Source of the DNA: a virus
Reading direction: 5' to 3' (one strand)
IMG/VR virus record: IMGVR_UViG_3300009183_000059
Coordinates: 1 to 64,000 of that record
DNA: 64,000 nucleotides
Part shown: piece after piece, positions 34,865 to 44,377 of the stretch
How the letters are laid out: every line of letters starts with the position of its first letter
Position numbering within the stretch: the first letter of the stretch is position 1
Position numbers and translations under genes: made by a program
The notes under the pieces: model-generated
Databases searched by the model: none
The model's input: the letters and a program-made list of their open reading frames with translations, nothing else
Told to the model about the DNA's origin: nothing

Positions 34865-35197
34865 ATGACTGACTATTCAACACTTGGCACCCAAGTAACA
34901 CTGGCCAAAAATAAGATTGATGCTTTAACAAGCTCAACTCTTGATGCCCAGGATCTAGTATTTTTAGCAAAAGCTTTAGAGACACTAGGAAACTTGCTCG
35001 GAGTCAATGATATTCTTGGAGTAACAAATAGCTCTATTCTAAGCGTTCAAAGCGCTGCAGCAGGTCAGGTCAACCTTGTTACTGCCGCTGGAGCAACACA
35101 GATTGCAGCAGTAAACACATCTGGTACAACACAGATCGCACTCGTCGCAGCAGCAATTAGCAATTATACTTTATACGCAAACATGGGAGTAATATAA
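34865..35197 (+). CDS. Fibre adaptor protein, paralogue of 32841-33509
   Basis: Shared N-terminal motif; own TGcTATAAT promoter. Confidence 0.7.
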   Translation: MTDYSTLGTQVTLAKNKIDALTSSTLDAQDLVFLAKALETLGNLLGVNDILGVTNSSILSVQSAAAGQVNLVTAAGATQIAAVNTSGTTQIALVAAAISNYTLYANMGVI

Positions 35198-35198
35198 A

Positions 35199-35516
35199 AT
35201 GGCTACAATTAGCTTACCAGCAAGACTATACAGCGGCGTAGTACCAAACACATCAACACAGATTTGGACATGCCCAGCAGGTGAAACAGATGTTATTACA
35301 TCAGTTACAGTTGCTAACTTAACAAACGTTGCAAACCAGTGCACACTGAGCTTTGCAGGAACAGAATTCTTCAAGAACCTTGACTTGGCACCACGCCAGA
35401 TCACAGTCCTTGATTTCAAGCAAGTTTTAAACGCAGGAGATGCAATCTCAGTATCAGCATCGGTAGCAAGCGCAGTAAGCTTGTTCATCTCTGGCGTAAA
35501 AGTAACAAATATCTAA
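35199..35516 (+). CDS. Small beta-sandwich structural protein, paralogue of 40363-40698
   Basis: PxR...V(A/T)N...V(L/V)NxGD...ISGV motif. Confidence 0.7.
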   Translation: MATISLPARLYSGVVPNTSTQIWTCPAGETDVITSVTVANLTNVANQCTLSFAGTEFFKNLDLAPRQITVLDFKQVLNAGDAISVSASVASAVSLFISGVKVTNI

Positions 35517-35541
35517 TAATAGAAATTTAGGAGAAATTTAA

Positions 35542-37044
35542 ATGGCAGTAGCAAATAGTACGATACAGCTAATCATTCCAGGTATTGATAAACTTATCGC
35601 TGACAGCTTTACAACAACTTTAGCTTCTAACGCTACTATTGCTGCTATTCAAACTAACCTACAAAATGCTGGCTCATTAACAGATATTAATGCGGCACTA
35701 ACATTACTTACAGCAGATATAGATACTATTCCAGGTAAAGAGCCACTTCCTTACTTTGCAACATTCTCAAACTTTAACAATGATCCTAGAGCATCTATTT
35801 ACAATAGCGATATGCGTGAAGTCTATAATGGTAAGCCAGATACAAACGCTGAAATGTGGTCAACTTGGACTGGAAACAATTATACAAATGGTAACATTGG
35901 TGGAAATGGCTGGACATCATATTGGATGGGATCAACATCATTCTATCAAGCAGACACACATTGGTATTTTAGAGTCTCTGAAGGATATAACAATCCAGGA
36001 TTTGCAATGAATCCAGATGGACAAGATTCATTTATACCTTACTGGGGTGTAATTGTTGGAAATACTGGTAAGAGACAAAAGATTTCGTTATTTACAAGCA
36101 ATAGCACAATGCGTGTGTATCCAAGAGGCGTACAAAATGGCTGGCTTGAAGGTTTAGACTTAAACTCAACAACGTATGCAACATGGTTTGGCGGAACAAA
36201 CTACGGAATGAACTCTTATAACGAAAGAACTGGAACCATGGTTGTAATTGAAGCTAAAGATGGCTCTAATAACTACCGTCTACATAGATGGATAAATACT
36301 GGTACAGGCAGATCAATTAATCAGTCAAACTATAAGGCTGGAATGCTTCATAGATTCCTTTCAGAGGCTAAAGCAGGAATAACAACTGGTGGAACTGCTT
36401 CATATAACTTCTATGATTTCCAGTGGCAGGCATCAGCTTCTCAGAACTATAATGAGTCAAGATACCGTATGCGTATTGTAGTTGGGGATAATGGAATTAT
36501 CGGAATGCAAAGATTCGTTCCTTCTAATATTACTCACTATGCTACATACACTCCTTCATCTGGAACTCTAAATACATCATTTAATACTATTTCAAACACA
36601 ACATCATATGGAATCGAGCAGGGCGGAAAGTATGGTGCCAGACATATGATTACCTGGGACAATTATTGGGTAGCAGCATTTAACGTATACTACTACTATG
36701 GTTGCGGAATGAACGTATTCTTTATTGATACTAGAGATCCAAGAAACTACTTTATTGGTCAGTACGGAGATACAACCAATGGATGTGCACTTGTACCGTT
36801 TGATAGAAACAAGTTTATGTGGTCTTATCACGTATCAAACTCAGATGGAACATCTGGACAAAGACTTGCAATTGTTGATCTTGAAGGTCCATTAAAGTAT
36901 GGAAGAACACTTTCTGGTACAATTGGTAATGGTGGTAATATTGATCTTTCAAAGAACATAATGAATGGTATTTTCGATACAAAGTACACAAGCACAAACT
37001 ATACATGGCTAATGCCAGTACAACGCTGGCCTAGAAATATTTAA
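35542..37044 (+). CDS. Putative receptor-binding protein A, paralogue of 37808-39331
   Basis: Blocks shared with paralogue: TYATWFGGT, IEAKDxSNNYR, DFQWQ, ITWDN, DTRDPRN, YTSTNY. Confidence 0.65.
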   Translation: MAVANSTIQLIIPGIDKLIADSFTTTLASNATIAAIQTNLQNAGSLTDINAALTLLTADIDTIPGKEPLPYFATFSNFNNDPRASIYNSDMREVYNGKPDTNAEMWSTWTGNNYTNGNIGGNGWTSYWMGSTSFYQADTHWYFRVSEGYNNPGFAMNPDGQDSFIPYWGVIVGNTGKRQKISLFTSNSTMRVYPRGVQNGWLEGLDLNSTTYATWFGGTNYGMNSYNERTGTMVVIEAKDGSNNYRLHRWINTGTGRSINQSNYKAGMLHRFLSEAKAGITTGGTASYNFYDFQWQASASQNYNESRYRMRIVVGDNGIIGMQRFVPSNITHYATYTPSSGTLNTSFNTISNTTSYGIEQGGKYGARHMITWDNYWVAAFNVYYYYGCGMNVFFIDTRDPRNYFIGQYGDTTNGCALVPFDRNKFMWSYHVSNSDGTSGQRLAIVDLEGPLKYGRTLSGTIGNGGNIDLSKNIMNGIFDTKYTSTNYTWLMPVQRWPRNI

Positions 37045-37062
37045 AGGAATAAGGAGAAGAAT

Positions 37063-37356
37063 ATGAAAATAAGCTTTATGGGTGAAGGTTTTGCAGGACA
37101 GTTTCTTGAAAATGGTGAGTACGACTTGCCAATTGAGTCTGACCTCCCACACCGCTTTGAGCTAAAAGATGGCGTAGTACTAGATAAGTACAACGGCGTA
37201 TCTGATGACGAAGTAAAAAGAATTGATCATGAAGCAGCTATCGCTGCTCGTGAAGCAATAATCGCTGCAGTAGAAGCAGGAGATGAAGTAGAAGCAAATA
37301 TTCCAGCAGAACTTCCTTCTTTAGACTATGTAGCCCCAGCAGAGGATAACGAGTAA
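37063..37356 (+). CDS. Small acidic protein, chaperone-like
   Basis: 97 aa, AAGGAG RBS, follows RBP-like gene. Confidence 0.65.
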   Translation: MKISFMGEGFAGQFLENGEYDLPIESDLPHRFELKDGVVLDKYNGVSDDEVKRIDHEAAIAAREAIIAAVEAGDEVEANIPAELPSLDYVAPAEDNE

Positions 37357-37357
37357 T

Positions 37358-37795
37358 ATGCCAATAACACAGACACCTTCGTCTATAGTTCCAGCTTTAT
37401 GGACATATACATATGTTCAGGCTCCTATTGATGGTCAAGGTAACCCATACTTTAATATTCCTTCACAGTTTACAGACCTTGGAACAAAGACCTCTGGAAC
37501 TCTTACACTTGATCTAAAAACATCAAATGTGTTTAAAGTAATTGCAGGCGGAGCATTTACAGTAGCATTTTCAAATATTGCTGCAACAGCCAATACAGCA
37601 CAGTTTTGGCAATTAGAAATTAAATCTGGTGGAAGTTATGTTCAGACATGGCCAGCATCAGTTATCTGGGACGGCGGAGGAGCTTCAAACATCTCTCCAG
37701 TACTCTCACTTGATACAACAGTACTAAACTTTTACACAAGAAATAACGGAACAACCGTTTACGGATCATACGCATATTCTGATTTAAAGATATAA
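37358..37795 (+). CDS. Fibre C-terminal-type domain protein
   Basis: TLTLDL...NVF...TVAFSN...TWPASVIW motif. Confidence 0.7.
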   Translation: MPITQTPSSIVPALWTYTYVQAPIDGQGNPYFNIPSQFTDLGTKTSGTLTLDLKTSNVFKVIAGGAFTVAFSNIAATANTAQFWQLEIKSGGSYVQTWPASVIWDGGGASNISPVLSLDTTVLNFYTRNNGTTVYGSYAYSDLKI

Positions 37796-37807
37796 GAGGA
37801 GCAATAA

Positions 37808-39331
37808 ATGGCAATTTCAACTAGCAGCACATCAATAGACCTTCCTGGCATTGGAGCCACAATGGTATCCAATTTGGATGCCGCTCTAAACGCTAGTCCA
37901 ACAATGCTAAATATTCTTTTAAATTCAAGCCTTTCAACAGGATTAAATTCAGTAAACACAACAATTACTTCTATCAGAGCAAAAGTTACAGACTTGCCAA
38001 CCAACCGACCTTTACCTACATTTGCAACATTTTCAAATTATCAAAATACTCCAGGATGGACTATCTATGATAGTGAAATGCAGCCAATTGGTGGAGCAAA
38101 TGGATCTACAGATTTTGAAATTCAAAACGATTATACTGGACAGAACTATACAACAAATAACTGGTCATCAAACGGCGTAACAAATAGCTGGTCTGGAGCA
38201 ACTCCAATGCACCAGCAAGATGGTGACTGGTACTGTAATATCCCAGGAAGAGGATTTGGTCCAGAAGGAATTTGGGCACGTAACCGTGGAACAATGGATT
38301 CATATATGCCGTACTTTGGTACAGTAATTGGAACTCGTGGTTTAAGACAGCAAATGTCTTTAAGATCAGCAGATGCTGGACTTCAGATTATGCCAAGAGG
38401 TGCATCAAACTACCTTGAGGCTTTAAACTTAAATACATCAACATACGCTACATGGTTTGGAGGAACAACATACGGATCAGCTTCTTATAACCAAAGACAG
38501 AAGAAGCTAATTGTTATTGAAGCTAAAGATACATCTAATAATTACCGTATGCACATATGGCGCAATACAAACACAGGAAGAGACCTAAACTCAGAAACAC
38601 ACGATGTCGGAACTCTTCACTTATTCTTATCAGAAGCTAAGACTGCTGGAACACCAGCGGCCACAACAACTGGCGTATACTACTACTACAATGATTTCCA
38701 ATGGCAGCAAGATAGCTCACAGAGCTATACAGAGTCACGTTATAGACTACGTGTAACTGCTGCAGATAATGAGCATGTTGGTATAGCAAGATTTGTGCCA
38801 TCAACCATTACACACTATGCAACATTCTTACCTAATATTGCAGGAACATCTGGAACTCTAACAACTAGAGGCGGAATTGGAAATACAACATCATATGGTT
38901 GGGATCAGGGCGTACAGTACGGAATTAGAAGCAATATAACATGGGATAATAACTGGTTAGTTTCATACTCTCCATATTATTACTATGGCTCAGGAATGTG
39001 TGCAGTATTCAATGACACAAGAGACCCACGTAACTTCTACTTTGCAAGATATGCAGATACAAACAATGGATGTCAGATAATGCCATTGAATGAGGATAAG
39101 TTTGTATTCAACGCATCAGTTGAAAATGCTGACGGAAACGTTGGGATGAGATTGTCTGTTGTTGACCTAGGCGGAATCTTTGAGTTCGGTAGAGATGCAA
39201 CTACATCTGGAATTACAAATGGTGCAACGATTAACCTTCGTCCAACTACTATGCTTTACAGCTTTGATACTAGATACACATCTACAAACTATCCAGGATT
39301 AATGCAACCTACATCTTGGACGAATGGATAA
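37808..39331 (+). CDS. Putative receptor-binding protein B, paralogue of 35542-37044
   Basis: Shares the same sequence blocks as 35542-37044. Confidence 0.65.
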   Translation: MAISTSSTSIDLPGIGATMVSNLDAALNASPTMLNILLNSSLSTGLNSVNTTITSIRAKVTDLPTNRPLPTFATFSNYQNTPGWTIYDSEMQPIGGANGSTDFEIQNDYTGQNYTTNNWSSNGVTNSWSGATPMHQQDGDWYCNIPGRGFGPEGIWARNRGTMDSYMPYFGTVIGTRGLRQQMSLRSADAGLQIMPRGASNYLEALNLNTSTYATWFGGTTYGSASYNQRQKKLIVIEAKDTSNNYRMHIWRNTNTGRDLNSETHDVGTLHLFLSEAKTAGTPAATTTGVYYYYNDFQWQQDSSQSYTESRYRLRVTAADNEHVGIARFVPSTITHYATFLPNIAGTSGTLTTRGGIGNTTSYGWDQGVQYGIRSNITWDNNWLVSYSPYYYYGSGMCAVFNDTRDPRNFYFARYADTNNGCQIMPLNEDKFVFNASVENADGNVGMRLSVVDLGGIFEFGRDATTSGITNGATINLRPTTMLYSFDTRYTSTNYPGLMQPTSWTNG

Positions 39332-39334
39332 CAG

Positions 39335-39631
39335 ATGTATTATGCAATTATTAAAGCCAATAAGATAGACAAGTTTGGCACTCTAAAAGACTTATTTCCT
39401 ACATCTGGATTTCCACCAACTGGACCAGATGAAGATTTTATGAGAGACAACGATATGCACGTTGCACTAGAGTATATTGATCACAAATCCACAACTCATA
39501 AGTTAGTATATTGTGACCCATACATCTTAGAAGATAAAGTTTACTGCGTTGTGGCAGAAAAGTTTACTAAGGCGGAGGCCTCAGAAAATAAAGATGCACT
39601 AGCTGCATTTGAAGCATTACAGGGGGAGTAG
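39335..39631 (+). CDS. Small fibre chaperone-like protein
   Basis: LFPTSGFP...HKLVYCDPY motif. Confidence 0.65.
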   Translation: MYYAIIKANKIDKFGTLKDLFPTSGFPPTGPDEDFMRDNDMHVALEYIDHKSTTHKLVYCDPYILEDKVYCVVAEKFTKAEASENKDALAAFEALQGE

Positions 39632-39632
39632 C

Positions 39633-40352
39633 ATGTTAAGCAATCAAAGATCTATTTACAAGAGAGCTAGATATAGCCAATATGGATTAAGTCTCTGGAT
39701 TGATGCAACAGCTATTGATAATATTACAAGGGATGCTAATCAAAAGATTTCATTAGTAGAAGACAGATCTCAATACATAAGACATCTATCTCAGCCTACA
39801 TTAGCCAATCGCCCAACATTTGTGGCATCAGGAATTAACTCTCTTCCTTGCATCAGATTTAATGGAATTGACCAGTTCTTACTTATGTCTGATCAAACAT
39901 TATCATGGTTAACAGCTTCATCATTTACAGTTTTTTACGTAGCAACAAAAACTGCTCAAACATCTAACTCATTTGTTCTCGGCGGACAATCTGCTGGAAC
40001 AAGAGCGAATCTAGCTTCTGGATACTTAGCAGCAAATACACACAGAATTATTTTTGGTGGAGATGACGCAAGTACAATTGTTCCACTTAAGACACCTGGA
40101 CAGCCAGAGCTTTATGGAATATCTTTTAGTGCAACAACCCTAGAAAGAGTTGTAAGACGTAATGGTAAGGTTGTAGGACTTGGATCTTCTGCTGGCTCAT
40201 TAGCTGGAATGACAGGCCAGGCAGTAGGAAGATATTTAACTTCATACGGTCAGTTTGATCTTGGAGAGATGATTATTTATAACAGAACACTTAGTGATTA
40301 TGAGACAGGCCAAGTAGAGCGTGACTTAATCTCCAAGTGGACAATTAGCTAG
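39633..40352 (+). CDS. LamG/concanavalin-A-like domain protein (start revised)
   Basis: LSLWIDA...DRS...INSLPCIRFNG...GEMIIYNRTLS...KW. Confidence 0.75.
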   Translation: MLSNQRSIYKRARYSQYGLSLWIDATAIDNITRDANQKISLVEDRSQYIRHLSQPTLANRPTFVASGINSLPCIRFNGIDQFLLMSDQTLSWLTASSFTVFYVATKTAQTSNSFVLGGQSAGTRANLASGYLAANTHRIIFGGDDASTIVPLKTPGQPELYGISFSATTLERVVRRNGKVVGLGSSAGSLAGMTGQAVGRYLTSYGQFDLGEMIIYNRTLSDYETGQVERDLISKWTIS

Positions 40353-40362
40353 GAAATTAAAG

Positions 40363-40698
40363 ATGGCATATACACCAACAAGATTTGCTGGTCCTGTAGC
40401 ATTAACTACAGTTCCAATGTTACTTTCAACATTTTCTACACCAGGATTAATAAAAGAGTTTATTGTTACAAATACTAGTAGCGGAGTTTTATACTTCTCG
40501 TTTGCTGTTGTTCCAAACGGAACAGAATACGGCTTAGATTCTCAAAAAATATATACTCTTAACTCTATTGAAGGAAATGAAACAATTACTCTTTCGCACT
40601 CCCTAGTTGTAAATTCAGGAGATAAAATCTATGGTTTTGGCAGCATACCTAATCTGATTAATGCAACAATCAGCGGTGTGTCAATTACTGCTAACTAA
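40363..40698 (+). CDS. Small beta-sandwich structural protein
   Basis: Paralogue of 35199-35516. Confidence 0.7.
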   Translation: MAYTPTRFAGPVALTTVPMLLSTFSTPGLIKEFIVTNTSSGVLYFSFAVVPNGTEYGLDSQKIYTLNSIEGNETITLSHSLVVNSGDKIYGFGSIPNLINATISGVSITAN

Positions 40699-40726
40699 TC
40701 AAGATAAACTATGTAAGGGGAGAATA

Positions 40727-42370
40727 ATGAAAATCGCACAGGTACTGTTTGATCAGTCCCAGCAATCATTTTCTGACATCTCTGGAAAAAATTTAGTATT
40801 ACCAAAAACTGGAACATTCATATCTACACCACCACTTACCTCAAGAACAAAGAATTCAATCCCATTTACGGGAACTAATTCTTTAACAATACAGGATGTT
40901 CCAATAGCAAAAAGAACCCACGAAGAAGAAGAATTTTCAATATCCTTCTATATGAAGGCAGGAAACACATTTGATTCTTTAACTAATGTTATTTATGACT
41001 CTTCTAACAATATAGGTATAAGCATATTTAAATCAAATATTACTTTTACTATATCAGACTCATCTAATACTTTAAGTTCTATTTCATACAAAATTCCAGA
41101 AATAGGAAACGCATACCATATTGCAGCTGTTTACTCTAAAAGAACAATGCAACTTTTTGTTGATGGTATAGCAAGATCTAGCAAAACACTCTCAGAGGCA
41201 TTTGAGTTTAAAGCCATATCAAACCTAAACCTATTACTTGGTGGTAATGGTTATTACATATTAATAGATAAACTAGAGGTATTTAATGAGGCAATTTCTA
41301 CTAAATATATAGATTCAGAAATGCTATTAGATTTAGTCTATCAAAATCCAGGACAAATAATGAGCCTTGACGATGCATCATATTTTAGTTTTTCTAAAAA
41401 CTTAAAGCCAATTAAAACTGGATTTTCTTATGGCGCCAACAAATCATTGTCTACTGCAGCCATGGTAAATGTAAGTGAAGCTTTTAAAAATTATTTAATC
41501 TTAAATGACGGACAAAACTCTGGATACTTTACAGACTCTGCTTTTATAACAACAATTGATAACAATCAAATAGATTGGTATGGAGATTCTGGCGGAATAC
41601 AAGTTTCTTGGAATATGGACGGCAGCAATACCTATATCCCTTTAATTAATCATTCTGATATTCCAGGATTTACTGGAGGAATGCTTTATTACAAGGTTAC
41701 TCTAACAAGAGACTCAGCTAGCTTGGCAAGTCCTGTGTTTACTGGCCTAGATTTTATATCTTATGACAGTAAAGAATTTAGATCAGATAATACCCTGTAT
41801 GCCTTAGATACAGATTTTAATTACCATGTGGGTAAATACTCAAACTCTATTTTATCTCAGTCTTTAGAAAACGGAATTAAGACCTTATCTGGCGGAGTTA
41901 AGGTATTAGGCACAACAGCTAGGTCCGTAGAGTTTATGTTCAACCCTTCTGGACTTGGGCAAACATGCCTATTAGATTTGGGCGGAGCAAGATACTCATG
42001 GTCAGGAGCTGGTAGTATAACAAAGACTGGAATATCGTCTATATACGTAAATGGAGTTAACCTATATAGCCAGACATCCATATCAAATGTATTTAATTCT
42101 GGCATATGGCATCATGTTGTCATAACACTATCTCAAGATCAGACAGACACCCTATATTTAAATCAATCAAAGACGGGAACATTAATAGGTTCAGATAATA
42201 GCTTTGCACACTTAGGAATATATAATTATGATATGTCTGCAAAGGCTATTTCACATTATAAATACCTTACATCTAGAGTATCAGAGGCAACATCTTCTGA
42301 TTCCATATCTATAGGCTCAGACTCATATTCTGGCTATAATCTGGACAAAGTAGTTCTTTCAACACAATAA
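40727..42370 (+). CDS. Minor tail protein with LamG-like domains (start revised)
   Basis: YHIAAVY...LFVDG and IYVNG...WHHVVI; GGGGAG RBS before ATG 40727. Confidence 0.7.
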   Translation: MKIAQVLFDQSQQSFSDISGKNLVLPKTGTFISTPPLTSRTKNSIPFTGTNSLTIQDVPIAKRTHEEEEFSISFYMKAGNTFDSLTNVIYDSSNNIGISIFKSNITFTISDSSNTLSSISYKIPEIGNAYHIAAVYSKRTMQLFVDGIARSSKTLSEAFEFKAISNLNLLLGGNGYYILIDKLEVFNEAISTKYIDSEMLLDLVYQNPGQIMSLDDASYFSFSKNLKPIKTGFSYGANKSLSTAAMVNVSEAFKNYLILNDGQNSGYFTDSAFITTIDNNQIDWYGDSGGIQVSWNMDGSNTYIPLINHSDIPGFTGGMLYYKVTLTRDSASLASPVFTGLDFISYDSKEFRSDNTLYALDTDFNYHVGKYSNSILSQSLENGIKTLSGGVKVLGTTARSVEFMFNPSGLGQTCLLDLGGARYSWSGAGSITKTGISSIYVNGVNLYSQTSISNVFNSGIWHHVVITLSQDQTDTLYLNQSKTGTLIGSDNSFAHLGIYNYDMSAKAISHYKYLTSRVSEATSSDSISIGSDSYSGYNLDKVVLSTQ

Positions 42371-42428
42371 TTAGGCCATACCAAATACAGTTATGGACTT
42401 ATATGATAGAAAATGGTAGAATATATAT

Positions 42429-42773
42429 ATGCTAAATAAATTAGGTAAAGCCAAGGTAGTTGCAGACAAGACCAAGTATGGAGTCTATGTTTGGGAAATG
42501 CCAGATGGCAAATGGGTAGGAGACGATGAAGGTCACTACATGTTGATCCCAGCAGTCTTTGGTGATGCGGAAAAAATTAAGATTTTAAAAGAAGCAGCAG
42601 AGGGATATGGAGTTACTGAGGGTGCACCAAAGTTTCTTCCAGGTCGTAGAAAAGTTTCTGATGAAGAGTATGCAGCACAAGAAGCAAGACTGCATGCTGG
42701 TTTGACACCAGATCCGTGGGATCTTGGAGAAGGTTTAGACGCCGCAAAAAGGATGGTACAAAATGGCCGCTGA
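42429..42773 (+). CDS. Hypothetical pre-portal protein, probably leaderless
   Basis: YGVYVWEMPDG...GRRKVSDEEY; TGgTAGAAT ends 6 nt before ATG. Confidence 0.75.
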   Translation: MLNKLGKAKVVADKTKYGVYVWEMPDGKWVGDDEGHYMLIPAVFGDAEKIKILKEAAEGYGVTEGAPKFLPGRRKVSDEEYAAQEARLHAGLTPDPWDLGEGLDAAKRMVQNGR

Positions 42774-44331
42774 GTTCATTGAAGATACAGAGACGATTGA
42801 GATAAGTGGATCTGGCGATATGTTCGCTGGTGTTCGTGGAAACGAATATGGAGATCCGTTTAGTCGTGGTTTAGATGAAGTAAAAAAGATGAGTGGGTTT
42901 AGCACCAACTTTAAAAAGAAGGTTGCTAGAACAGATTTTTCAAAGTTCCTTCGTGGAGATGGTTCACAGAGCACAGCAATTGTAGAACCATTTATGATTA
43001 CTGGATACAGCATACTTGATGTTGTTATGCCTCCATACAACCTAGACTACCTTGCAAAGATTTATGAAATTTCTTCACCACATTATGCTGCAGTCAATGC
43101 AAAGATTGCAAACATCGTTGGTTTAGGCTATGATTTTGTTGAGAGTGAAGCAACTAAAGAGCGCCTCTCAGATATAGAAGATGAAAAAGGTTTAGAGAGA
43201 GCACGTAGAAAGCTTGAAAGATTAAAGCTTCAAATGCATACTTGGCTAGAGAACACAAACGAAGAAGAAACATTTGTAGAGACTCTTGCTAGAGTTTGGA
43301 AAGACTATGAGACAACTGGAAACGGTTACCTTGAAGTAGGAAGAAAAAATACTGGAGAGATTGGCTACATTGGCCATGTTCCATCAGCATCAATGCGTAT
43401 TCGCAGAATGAGAGATGGATTTGTCCAGATCATTGGAAACCAAACTGTATTCTTTAGAAATTACGGAGATACTGAAACTCCAAACCCTATAACTTCAGAC
43501 GTAGTGCCAAATGAAGTTATTCACTTTAAGAATTACACTCCAACAAACGGCTTCTACGGAGTGCCAGATATTATTTCCTCAAAGAATGCTATGGCAGGAA
43601 ATGAATTTGCGGCAAGATTTAATCTAGACTATTTTGAGAACAAGGCCGTCCCTAGATACATTATTACAGTCAAGGGTGCAAAGTTGTCTAACGATGCAGA
43701 AAGAAAGCTCCTAGAGTTCTTCCAGACAGGTTTAAAGGGCAAGAATCATCGCTCCTTATACATACCTTTACCTTCAGATAATTCTGACTCAAAGGTTGAG
43801 TTTAAAATGGAAGCAGTTGAGGCTGGAGTTCAAGACTCCTCATTTGATAAATATAAGTCAGCCAACAGAGATGAAATATTAATGTCTCACCGTGTCCCTA
43901 TTAGCAAGATCGGAACTCCTCAAGGAGTATCCCTTGCAAATGCCAAGGATGCCGATAAGACATTCAAAGAGCAGGTATGTAGACCATCACAAAGAACTCT
44001 TGAAAAGAGACTAGGCAAGATTATTGCTGAAAAGACAGACATGTTCTTGATCAAGTTCAATGAATTAACATTGACAGATGAAGATACTCAATCCAAGATT
44101 GATGAGAGATACCTAAGAATGAAGGTCATTGTTCCGAATGAAATTCGTGCTAGAATGGGACTACAAGGTTTATCGGGTGGAGATGTACCTGTTGAATTGA
44201 ACGCAAAAACAGCCGCTGAGTTAACAACTCAAGCCACAGGCAATAGACAGCGAGATCAAGAAAGACAGGCAAATCAAGCAGACAACGGTGGAAGCAGAAA
44301 TGCTCAAGGCGACGGACGTCAAACTCAATAG
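42763..44331 (+). CDS. Portal protein
   Basis: GNGYLEV, NEVIHFK...FYGVP, YFENKAVP, EILMSHRVP, PNEIR. Confidence 0.93.
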   Translation: MAAEFIEDTETIEISGSGDMFAGVRGNEYGDPFSRGLDEVKKMSGFSTNFKKKVARTDFSKFLRGDGSQSTAIVEPFMITGYSILDVVMPPYNLDYLAKIYEISSPHYAAVNAKIANIVGLGYDFVESEATKERLSDIEDEKGLERARRKLERLKLQMHTWLENTNEEETFVETLARVWKDYETTGNGYLEVGRKNTGEIGYIGHVPSASMRIRRMRDGFVQIIGNQTVFFRNYGDTETPNPITSDVVPNEVIHFKNYTPTNGFYGVPDIISSKNAMAGNEFAARFNLDYFENKAVPRYIITVKGAKLSNDAERKLLEFFQTGLKGKNHRSLYIPLPSDNSDSKVEFKMEAVEAGVQDSSFDKYKSANRDEILMSHRVPISKIGTPQGVSLANAKDADKTFKEQVCRPSQRTLEKRLGKIIAEKTDMFLIKFNELTLTDEDTQSKIDERYLRMKVIVPNEIRARMGLQGLSGGDVPVELNAKTAAELTTQATGNRQRDQERQANQADNGGSRNAQGDGRQTQ

Positions 44332-44377
44332 ACTGGTATTTGCGTTTTAATCTACTAAGAGATATTATAATAACACT

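Noticed and set aside
35542-39331. Paralogous receptor-binding genes as a diversity-generating retroelement TR/VR pair
   Set aside because: No reverse transcriptase in the window; similarity is protein-level across the genes rather than an adenine-specific near-identical repeat.
42429-42773. Pre-portal ORF as terminase
   Set aside because: Only 114 aa with no Walker or nuclease motifs; no terminase large subunit is recognisable in this window.
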